DNA of 63,270 nucleotides, counting the filler, from Licmophora abbreviata (taxonomy: Eukaryota): NCBI GenBank assembly GCA_900291995.1. It is 14 parts of 14 records of this genome, joined end to end, with 100 filler letters (N's around TTAATTAATTAA, not from the genome) between each part and the next. Parts side by side here need not be neighbours in the genome. Positions count along the whole stretch, not along the records: positions 55,576 to 62,165 come from OLMU01001044.1; positions 62,266 to 63,270 come from OLMU01001061.1; 12 more parts are not named here. The stretch is one strand, 5' to 3'. A program made the translations under genes and the position numbers. Positions 56,362-63,270 of this stretch are shown one piece after another. Within the stretch, counting starts at the first letter, position 1; each line of letters starts with the position of its first letter. The notes under the pieces were generated by a model. The model was given only the letters and a program-made list of their open reading frames with translations, was not told the origin of the DNA and searched no databases.

Positions 56362-57852
56362 ATGTTGTGGTCGATTTTAAAGATTGTCGGTTTCATCGCC
56401 CTTGTTTCGGCGGCGACACTCGGCGCAGCCCATCTGATCGAGATGGAAGGTGGTGTCAGGATCGTGTTCGGCGGTCTGGAATTCAACCTGACCCCGATCA
56501 AAGCGGTGATTGCATTGATCGTTCTGGTGATCGCGCTTTGGCTTTTGCTCAAACTGGTGTCTTTGCTGGTCGCAACGCTCAAGTTCATCAACGGCGACGA
56601 AACAGCGATTTCGCGCTATTTTGACAAGAACCGGCAGGAAAAAGGGTTTCGGGCGCTGTCCGAAGGCATGATGGCGCTGGCTTCGGGTGAGGGTGACCTG
56701 GCCATGTCCAAGGCCAACAAGGCGGAAAAATACCTGCGCAAACCCGATCTGACCAATCTTCTCACGGCGCAGGCTGCCGAATTGTCGGGCGACACCCGAA
56801 AGGCCGAATTGGTCTACAAGAAGTTGCTCAAGGATGACCGGACCCGCTTTGTCGGTGTGCGTGGCTTGATGAAGCAGAAACTGGCTGCCGGCGACACCGA
56901 AACCGCGTTGAAGCTTGCCAAGACCGCCTTCGCGCTCAAGCCCCGGCATGGCGAGGTGCAGGATGCCCTGTTGCGGCTTCAGGCCCAGACAGCAGACTGG
57001 AAAGGTGCGCGCGAGACCCTGAATGCCAAGTTGAAATACGGCAGCTTGCCGCGTGATCTTCACAAGCGCCGTGACGCGGTTCTGGCCCTTTCCGAGGCCA
57101 AGGACGTGCTTGACGAAGGCAAGGACATCGAAGCCCGCGAGGCCGCGATCGAGGCCAATAGATTGTCGCCTGATCTGGTCCCGGCGGCTGTTCTGGCGGC
57201 GCGAAGCTATATTGCTCAAGGGTCCAAACGCTATGCGACGCGGGTCATCAAGAAGGCATGGGGCGTGCACCCGCATCCCGATCTTGCCGCCGCTTTCGCC
57301 GAGATCGAACCAGATGAAACCCCGGCGCAGCGTCTCAAGCGCTTTTCCAAGCTGATCGCGATGCATCCCGATAATCGCGAAACCAAGCTGCTCAAGGCCG
57401 AACTGCACCTTGCCGCCGAAGATTTCCCTGCCGCCCGCCGTGCGCTTGGCGATCTGGTCGAAACGGATCCGGATGCGCGTGTGCTGACCATCATGGCCGC
57501 GATCGAACGCGGCGAGGGATCGTCGGACGCGGTGGTGAAAGGCTGGCTTGCGCGTGCATTGTCCGCGCCGCGCGGCCCGCAATGGGTCTGTGACAATTGT
57601 CAGCATATCCATGCGGAATGGGCGCCTGCCTGTGACCATTGCAACGCCTTCGACACGCTGACATGGAAGACACCCCCGGTCTCGACAATGACGACATCCA
57701 CCGGCATCGAAATGCTGCCCCTGATCGTCGGCGCGATCGAGCAAAAGCCCACTGAAGAAGAGCAGACCGAACTGGACGGGGATGACGTGCTCGATGCCGA
57801 AGTCGTTGAAGAAACCCCCGAGACGACGGACGAGGACCCCACCCGAAAATAG
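56362..57852 (+). CDS. HemY-family (TPR-like) membrane protein
   Basis: MLWSILKI, two TM segments, GDETAISRYF, HPHPDLA, WVCDNC..CDHC. Confidence 0.85.
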   Translation: MLWSILKIVGFIALVSAATLGAAHLIEMEGGVRIVFGGLEFNLTPIKAVIALIVLVIALWLLLKLVSLLVATLKFINGDETAISRYFDKNRQEKGFRALSEGMMALASGEGDLAMSKANKAEKYLRKPDLTNLLTAQAAELSGDTRKAELVYKKLLKDDRTRFVGVRGLMKQKLAAGDTETALKLAKTAFALKPRHGEVQDALLRLQAQTADWKGARETLNAKLKYGSLPRDLHKRRDAVLALSEAKDVLDEGKDIEAREAAIEANRLSPDLVPAAVLAARSYIAQGSKRYATRVIKKAWGVHPHPDLAAAFAEIEPDETPAQRLKRFSKLIAMHPDNRETKLLKAELHLAAEDFPAARRALGDLVETDPDARVLTIMAAIERGEGSSDAVVKGWLARALSAPRGPQWVCDNCQHIHAEWAPACDHCNAFDTLTWKTPPVSTMTTSTGIEMLPLIVGAIEQKPTEEEQTELDGDDVLDAEVVEETPETTDEDPTRK

Positions 57853-57855
57853 GAC

Positions 57856-57884
57856 TTCCCCCGCCCCCAAGCCGATGCTATAGG
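57856..57884 (+). promoter_or_regulatory. Putative promoter of the host tRNA-Thr
   Basis: TTCCCC-17 nt-TATAGG just upstream of the tRNA 5' end. Confidence 0.5.
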
Positions 57885-57897
57885 CCCGCAAAACAGG

Positions 57898-57938
57898 GCC
57901 GCTGTAGCTCAGCTGGTAGAGCACGTCATTCGTAATGA
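57898..57938 (+). pseudogene. 5' half of host tRNA-Thr(CGT), truncated just after the anticodon loop (island attachment junction)
   Basis: GCCGCTG-TA-GCTC-AGCTGGTA-GAGC-A-CGTCA-TTCGTAA-TGA, then non-tRNA sequence; no T arm or 3' acceptor strand. Confidence 0.92.
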
Positions 57939-58067
57939 GTGCTCAAGTAGATGTTTTTTCCTTATTTGTCAGCTGGTTAGAATTTTTCGAAGGCCACGTT
58001 TTCGAGAATATTTCGAGTATTCTCGGCTGCGCTTGGAAGGTGTCGATGAGCGTTCAAACGCCAAGCC

Positions 58068-59855
58068 TCAGTTGCCGTCGTCATTATGAGCAATTATCGC
58101 TTCGATCATCGAGAACACTCCTTCAAACCCGTCAAAAGCAGCCTCATCGAGGGAAGGAACAACTATTTCCGCGAATTCAGTCTTGCCTCCGATCACATCC
58201 TTGAAATGTGTTTCGTCAGCGAGTTCGTACTCAATCTTTTCCGGTCCAACCTTTGTAGATGCTTTCTTTCGCTTAAGCTTAAGTTTTGAGCCTTCGAGCT
58301 CAGTGGAGAGGTGCGCATCTCGGAAAAGAAACTCGATCGGTAGGTTTTGGTACTTCTTACACTGTTCCCTAAAATCCGGCGCGGGCAAACATGCGGCATA
58401 GGATTTCCCGTGCATCCCACGCTTTACAGAAAATCCACCGATATCGCTTTCGACAAAGTTCTTGTCGAGCTTGTAGGCGGCTATACCTTCGGGATCATAA
58501 TCGAACAGACCAATGACAGGGTGTGGGTGATCAGAAGCGACGCCCTTAAGGCGTATCGCCAACCGACCGGCACCACCGTCGCCAGATCCGGCGTTCTCGC
58601 CACCTGTTTCGCAACTCCGTATATCGAATGAAGGCACGCCGCCCCGAGTCTTTTCCCAGGCAGCAAGTAAGATTTTTGCGTCGGTTCTTCCTTCCGTCAA
58701 CACCACCGGTTTCGCGGTAACTTGCAACTCCGCCGTCAAGGCAGCAACTTCGCTCTCCGCTTTCTTCGCTCGTTCCTCCACCAGCGCGACTTCTTCAACT
58801 GCCTTAGCCACCGCCGGCAGATAGAAACCTTCGCCAATTGCTTGCTCTACATCGAACTTTTCGAGATCGCGACCTTGTATCGGGTCTGATACGCCCTGAT
58901 CGTTCTTTCTTACATAGAACTTTGCCGCATCATTATTGTCGAGAAGATAGAAAGAAGGGCTGTGTGTGGTCATGAACACCTGAACGCGTTCACTCTTGGC
59001 CAAGGTCAAAAGTCGCAACGCCTCAGATTGCGCAGCTACAAAATCGAGGGAGTTTTCCGGTTCCTCAAACCCCCAAATGTGAAAGTCAAACTTGTCCTTT
59101 TCAGAAATAAACTTGAGAAACTCAGGGATATGTCGGGCCTTAATTCCGTCACCCCTCTGGCGTGTCAGAGATTTGGGCCTAACACCGCCAGAGATATTTG
59201 TTTCAAAATCGAGAGACTGGAATAGCTGGCTAAGGCGAGTTGGTGGGCTGATCTTCGTGCTTGAAGAAACTTCGATGGGTAGGGTGTCGAACATCTCGTT
59301 TGTAAGGGCCTGCAATTCACCGGCGAACCCGTCGACCGCGGATTCAAACTCTGGCACACGAGCGACGGTTTCATGGATTCCGGATAGCAACATTTCGAAA
59401 ATTCTGATGTCTTTGACCGCCGGAATATAAATGAAGGAGATTTTGTTTATCAGGCGAGTCGCTATGTGTTTTTTGTTATTCGGAATGCTGTTCGAAATCT
59501 CCTCGTGATAGTTTTGCCCCCTCGAAACAGTCCATTGCCTCTTCACATAGAACTTCTTCCCCAAGGATGGTTGAAATGACTTTGGAGTATTGAACGTGAT
59601 TTTTACGTATAGAAACTTTCGGACATCTTCTGATGCCTCTGCCTCGTCTAATCTCTTGTCGCAAAAGTCTACATCGAAGTCGAATGGCTGGGCCAAATCT
59701 GGAGAGCCCGAAAAAAACAAGTTAAGAGCCCGAACAACATTGGATTTGCCAGAGTCGTTCTTGCCGAAAATTATGTTCAAATCTTCAAGGTGACGGAGTT
59801 TGAATTTGTAGAAACTCCGAAAATACGAAATCTCCACTTCATCTATGAGTTTCAA
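58068..59855 (-). CDS. OLD-family-like ABC ATPase + TOPRIM nuclease (candidate anti-phage effector)
   Basis: Walker A GKNDSGKS, signature-like RGDG, Walker B/D-loop WGFEEPENSL, H-loop TTHSP; TOPRIM VLTEGRTD, GG, LFDYD, IEFLF, GGKTEFA; TTG start with GGGAG RBS. Confidence 0.85.
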   Translation of the reverse strand: MKLIDEVEISYFRSFYKFKLRHLEDLNIIFGKNDSGKSNVVRALNLFFSGSPDLAQPFDFDVDFCDKRLDEAEASEDVRKFLYVKITFNTPKSFQPSLGKKFYVKRQWTVSRGQNYHEEISNSIPNNKKHIATRLINKISFIYIPAVKDIRIFEMLLSGIHETVARVPEFESAVDGFAGELQALTNEMFDTLPIEVSSSTKISPPTRLSQLFQSLDFETNISGGVRPKSLTRQRGDGIKARHIPEFLKFISEKDKFDFHIWGFEEPENSLDFVAAQSEALRLLTLAKSERVQVFMTTHSPSFYLLDNNDAAKFYVRKNDQGVSDPIQGRDLEKFDVEQAIGEGFYLPAVAKAVEEVALVEERAKKAESEVAALTAELQVTAKPVVLTEGRTDAKILLAAWEKTRGGVPSFDIRSCETGGENAGSGDGGAGRLAIRLKGVASDHPHPVIGLFDYDPEGIAAYKLDKNFVESDIGGFSVKRGMHGKSYAACLPAPDFREQCKKYQNLPIEFLFRDAHLSTELEGSKLKLKRKKASTKVGPEKIEYELADETHFKDVIGGKTEFAEIVVPSLDEAAFDGFEGVFSMIEAIIAHNDDGN

Positions 59856-60024
59856 ATCTTGCTCCCTGTTAGCTTCGAGGGCACCTTGTGTGCAGGTCTG
59901 ATGTTCCTCGATAACTATGTGGCGATATGCTAACTCAAGTTGAACTGCGGAAACAATATTACCTAGCGGTCGCTTGACTTAATGTGCCCAGAAGCACCCG
60001 CTGACCATACCAGTGTGTGGGAGA

Positions 60025-60100
60025 TGGTGCCGCATGAGGGACTTGAACCCCCGACCCATCGCTTACGAAGCGATTGCTCTACCAGCTGAGCTAATGCGGC
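60025..60100 (-). tRNA. tRNA-Thr(CGT), intact, island-encoded, CCA encoded
   Basis: GCCGCAT-TA-GCTC-AGCTGGTA-GAGC-A-ATCGC-TTCGTAA-GCGAT-GGGTC-GGGGG-TTCAAGT-CCCTC-ATGCGGC-A-CCA; 76 nt, all stems pair. Confidence 0.97.
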
Positions 60101-60110
60101 GACAGCCGTT

Positions 60111-60139
60111 CGTCTAGCGTTTGAGCGGCTGTCGCGCAA
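60111..60139 (-). promoter_or_regulatory. Putative promoter of the island tRNA-Thr
   Basis: Minus strand TTGCGC-17 nt-TAGACG, 10 nt before tRNA +1. Confidence 0.6.
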
Positions 60140-60146
60140 GGCAGAA

Positions 60147-60719
60147 TCAGAACGGGATATCCTCGTCGCCATCATCGAGGAACGAAGCATCGAACTCACG
60201 GTCGACCCATTCGCGTCGATCCTGTTCTTCACGTTCGCGCTCTGCCCGCGCTCGAGACGGGCGCTTACGTTCCAAATCGCGGATGAAGAACCAGTTCCCG
60301 CGCATCCGGTTCAACGACCATGGAATGGCACGAAGGTTCTCGGGAACATGCTTTCCGCGGATCACCACGTCACCGTCCTTGTTTTTGCCGACGAGTGGAA
60401 CGATGTGGTCTACCTCGTGCTTGATCCCGGTCCAAAAAGACAGGCTTTCCGCAGCCTCGAAGACATCGAGGATTTGCTGCTTTTCAGCGTCGGTCAGGTC
60501 GTCAGGGAGCGCGCCTAACTGTTTAGCGCGATACATCGCTGCTTCATGGCGACGGCGCACTCGATTCTTCCAGTAATACTTCTTGTCCTTAGACGGCTTT
60601 CCGCCGCTTGCCGCAGCATGGGCCTCGCGTAGTGCCTCATATTCGGCTGTTTCGCGTTCCGCCTCTTGAACTTCTTCGACTTCTGCGGGCGATAGCCCGG
60701 CATAGATTGCAAAGGTCAT
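60147..60719 (-). CDS. HNH endonuclease-like protein with acidic C-terminal DIPF tail
   Basis: HEVDHIVPL..GKHVPENLRAIP..LNRMRGN; ATG at 60719 with purine-rich RBS; ends FLDDGDEDIPF. Confidence 0.75.
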   Translation of the reverse strand: MTFAIYAGLSPAEVEEVQEAERETAEYEALREAHAAASGGKPSKDKKYYWKNRVRRRHEAAMYRAKQLGALPDDLTDAEKQQILDVFEAAESLSFWTGIKHEVDHIVPLVGKNKDGDVVIRGKHVPENLRAIPWSLNRMRGNWFFIRDLERKRPSRARAEREREEQDRREWVDREFDASFLDDGDEDIPF

Positions 60720-60844
60720 GCCTCTACCCCTCTGTTGTGGAGGCGCCAGAAACCGACACCTCACGGTGAATGGGCTTCCTGTAGGCAATCTGCGATTTGC
60801 GGATTGGGGGACGGCCTCGGAACAGGTGCCATCCAACACCATTG

Positions 60845-60873
60845 GAAGTAGGAAGTCCGCAGCTGTGAGTCAA
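60845..60873 (-). promoter_or_regulatory. Putative promoter of the HNH gene
   Basis: Minus strand TTGACT-17 nt-TACTTC. Confidence 0.55.
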
Positions 60874-60892
60874 GAAAGGGCAAGCCCTTCTT

Positions 60893-61318
60893 TCAATCTG
60901 GCTTGCTGGAGTTGCTGTCGTCGCTCAAAAATTGGCGAATGCGATGCGCCAGCACACGATCCCGAGTCTCGCATTCCCAGATGGTCAACGCATCCCAACC
61001 AGCAGTCTTCAAGGCTGCCTGCGCTGCATCGTCCCGCGCGCGGTTTCGGTCGATCTTTTTCCGCCAATAGTCACGGTTGGTTTTGGGCTGGCGCGCACCT
61101 CGTTTGCAGTTGTGCCCGTGCCAAAAACACCCATGGACAAATATGACCTTGCGACGCGGGCCGAAAACGAGATCCGGACTGCCGGGAAGGTCACGACGAT
61201 GAAGTCGGTATCGAAATCCTAGTGCGTGTACCAATCGGCGCACGATCATTTCCGGCGCGGTGTCTTTCGATTTAACCGCCCGCATCGTCCGGGATCGAAG
61301 GCTATCAGTCTTCGCCAC
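60893..61318 (-). CDS. vsr: Very-short-patch repair endonuclease
   Basis: RSRTMRAVKSKDTAPE, LPGSPD, FVHGCFWHGH, YWRKKIDRNRARD, GW..IWEC; start codon uncertain (GTG 61318). Confidence 0.93.
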   Translation of the reverse strand: MAKTDSLRSRTMRAVKSKDTAPEMIVRRLVHALGFRYRLHRRDLPGSPDLVFGPRRKVIFVHGCFWHGHNCKRGARQPKTNRDYWRKKIDRNRARDDAAQAALKTAGWDALTIWECETRDRVLAHRIRQFLSDDSNSSKPD

Positions 61319-62021
61319 CGTCTTCGGTCTCAACAGAGGCAGCGCCGCCGAGCGCGACGTATCGCCGTTCCGCGAGCCATTGCAGGCGCTTCGCTTGCGT
61401 CAACAGCACGCGGCGCAAACCGCCCTGTACCTTGCGCTCGGAAATCACCTGCGCAAGACGCGATATGATGAGCGCGCGACGCGCGATGCGGAAGTCAGGA
61501 TGTGACCTGATCTTGTGGACATCATCAGAAACGAGCCGGTACCGCAGCGACGGCGGTTTCGTGATCGTGACTTCGGGCGAAGGCGGGTCCTTCTCGTTCA
61601 GAACCGCCTTAAACTGGCTGCCCGCAATCGCCTCCTGATACACGAAGTCTTCAAGGGCGTTCAGATGCTTTTTCGCATCCTCGTCCGACGCTCCCGTCTT
61701 CTGAAACTGCGGCAGCGGCCACACCTCGATTTCATACACCTCGAAAGGGTCGAGGACGGACATGGCGACAGCATCGGTGCGTTGGTTGGTCAGGTGGCGA
61801 CGGATGCGCGTTGAAATCTTCTCTTTCGTCTGTCCGACGTAGATCGGTTCGCCGTCATAGTCGAAGAACGCGTAAACTCCCCATTTGAACGCGCCGACCG
61901 GACGCTGTTTGCCTGCCACCGGGTCGTCGAATTTCTGAGCAAGGAACTGAACCAGATTCGCTCGAAGGTCCTCGGTCTCGAATGGCGGAAAGTTTACGTC
62001 GTCGGGATTGCGTTCTGTCAT
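61305..62021 (-). CDS. GIY-YIG nuclease, probable type II restriction endonuclease
   Basis: WGVYAFFDYDGEPIYVGQT..RIRRH..LE..LN; lies between C5 methyltransferase and vsr. Confidence 0.75.
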   Translation of the reverse strand: MTERNPDDVNFPPFETEDLRANLVQFLAQKFDDPVAGKQRPVGAFKWGVYAFFDYDGEPIYVGQTKEKISTRIRRHLTNQRTDAVAMSVLDPFEVYEIEVWPLPQFQKTGASDEDAKKHLNALEDFVYQEAIAGSQFKAVLNEKDPPSPEVTITKPPSLRYRLVSDDVHKIRSHPDFRIARRALIISRLAQVISERKVQGGLRRVLLTQAKRLQWLAERRYVALGGAASVETEDGGED

Positions 62022-62040
62022 GCCCGATTTCTACTAGAAA

Positions 62041-62165
62041 TCAGGCTGCTATGGCGAGTCGATTCCGTTTGAGGATCGGTTCGAAGACCGAAGCAGCCAA
62101 GTGACGCACGACCGGTACGGCAACACCGTCGCCCGCGAGTTTGTAAGCGTCGTTATAGCGTTCGG
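62041..62165 (-). CDS. DNA (cytosine-5) methyltransferase, 3' fragment only
   Basis: Manual translation ERYNDAYKLAGDGVAVPVVRHLAASVFEPILKRNRLAIAA* (motif X variant of YxxxGNAV); next to GIY-YIG and vsr. Confidence 0.8.
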
Positions 62166-62265
62166 NNNNNNNNNNNNNNNNNNNNNNNNNNNNNNNNNNN
62201 NNNNNNNNNTTAATTAATTAANNNNNNNNNNNNNNNNNNNNNNNNNNNNNNNNNNNNNNNNNNNN

Positions 62266-62740
62266 CCTCGACCGCGCCCATGGGAAACAGCGACACCGGG
62301 CAGCCTTCGGGCAGGTCCAGCCGCAATTCGGGTGGTGCCAGGAACACCAGCTCTTTGGTGCCCAGCAAAAGGCAGCGCCGATGGGCAAAGCGCACCAGCG
62401 TGTTATAGGCGGCCAGTTGATGATCCAGCCGCGCGCCGGAAAACCCCACGCCGACGATCAGGGGGGCCGCGACATTGGCCATGCATTTGTCGAAATCGGT
62501 GCTGTCCTGATCCGGGATATGGTGCAGACTTCCGGGGGCCAGCTGCCCGCGCGCCCAGTCCGACAGCGAATCGAAATCGCCGATCACCGCCTCGGGCCGT
62601 GCGCCGTTCACCAGCGCCGCATCGGCCCCGCCATCCGCCGCGATGACCCTTGGCGCCACTGCGCGCGCGCGGTCGAGCATGGATTTGTCCACCTCTGCGC
62701 CACCGATCAGGGTCACTGGCTCTGTCGTGTTGACAATCAT
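62266..62740 (-). CDS. thiN: Thiamine pyrophosphokinase, 3' part in gap
   Basis: IAADGGA, VIGDFDS, DQDSTDFDK, GARLDH. Confidence 0.9.
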
Positions 62741-62888
62741 CTCATTTTCCCCGGATTACCCCATTTTAAGGAAACGGATCACATTCTCACCATGAAATGA
62801 TACGGTAAACTTCTAAGAATCGGGCGTCTTTGGTCTTGGGAAGGATGGTAAACACGAATGTCGCAGGCAAAGCAAAGCGAGCATTCTG

Positions 62889-63270
62889 ATGGTTAGCGGA
62901 AGCAAGATATTAACAGTTTCTTATGGCACCTTCTCGTGCACCCTCGAGGGATTCGATGATTCTTTCGAGACGATGAAGGCCATTGCAGAGTATTTCCGCG
63001 ATCTCGCGGCAGATGATCGGTATTTCGGGGCGGAACCTCCGACGCCGGATGCCGAGATGCTCGCGAGGATCGCCGAGCGTGAGATTTCACGCCGGGTCGA
63101 CGCGTATCAGAGCGAGGGCAGCATCGTACTGCGCGCCTCGGATGCCGCGGCGCTGACCGGATTTTCCGGGGTCCGTGTGGCGCCGAAGCCCGCGGCACCT
63201 GAACCGGCACCCGAACCAGCGCCAGAGATGACAGCGCCCGCTGCCCCGGACCCAAAAGTGCAGGCCGAGG
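62889..63270 (+). CDS. Conserved Rhodobacteraceae-type hypothetical protein, runs off window
   Basis: Manual translation [65 protein letters not shown] followed by a Pro/Ala/Glu-rich linker. Confidence 0.7.
   Translation, partial: MVSGSKILTVSYGTFSCTLEGFDDSFETMKAIAEYFRDLAADDRYFGAEPPTPDAEMLARIAEREISRRVDAYQSEGSIVLRASDAAALTGFSGVRVAPKPAAPEPAPEPAPEMTAPAAPDPKVQAE

Larger units (their letters stand above)
57939..62165. mobile_element. End of a tRNA-Thr-integrated genomic island or prophage-like element with defence cargo; continues into gap
   Basis: Starts at the broken tRNA; visibly AT-richer than the core; att-arm-like repeats; nuclease/RM cargo; integrase not in window. Confidence 0.8.

Noticed and set aside
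57898..60100. Group I intron-split or trans-spliced tRNA-Thr
   Set aside because: Match to tRNA continues 3 nt past the loop into the stem, no 3' exon is visible, and the second tRNA is complete, on the other strand and different in sequence.
60025..60100. Second tRNA as the att direct repeat or an inversion product
   Set aside because: Opposite orientation, internal position, and different but fully paired anticodon and acceptor stems.
58068..60719. Calling the locus Gabija, Septu or a retron
   Set aside because: No UvrD helicase or reverse transcriptase in view; the ATPase is fused to TOPRIM and the HNH gene lies upstream, separated by a tRNA.

Overview
GC-rich alphaproteobacterial DNA, most consistent with a Rhodobacteraceae/Roseobacter-group draft genome. 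It is a scaffold of 14 pieces joined by 13 artificial 100-nt linkers (44 N + TTAATTAATTAA + 44 N). Most of the window is the conserved origin-proximal core: mutS, hrcA, rph, rdgB, hemW, parBA, rsmG, mnmG, mnmE, rho, a probable oriC with DnaA/IHF/CtrA motifs, a perfect parS, maf-aroE-coaE-dnaQ, secB, mltA, psd-pssA-pmtA, hslUV, trxA, addAB, tsaE, divL-like, regB-senC-regA, ahcY, gpsA, tsaD, hemD and hemY-like. Three accessory blocks stand out. (1) 1-3456 holds an EamA transporter, a LuxR-HTH/alpha-beta-hydrolase fusion and a decayed IS6. (2) 28214-32958 is an Lrp-linked cluster with a DmdA-like demethylase paralog, OsmC, a crotonase-fold protein and an acyl-CoA ligase, possibly an uncharacterised pathway parallel to DMSP demethylation. 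(3) 57898-62165 is the most interesting. It is an island end that leaves only the 5' half of the host tRNA-Thr(CGT) at the native locus and carries its own complete, sequence-divergent tRNA-Thr(CGT). That tRNA lies between an HNH protein ending in an SSB-like acidic DIPF tail and an OLD-family ABC-ATPase/TOPRIM nuclease, downstream of a C5-methyltransferase/GIY-YIG/Vsr module. All calls come from motif recognition and synteny by eye; no database searches were run. The integrase and the other island end are not in the window.
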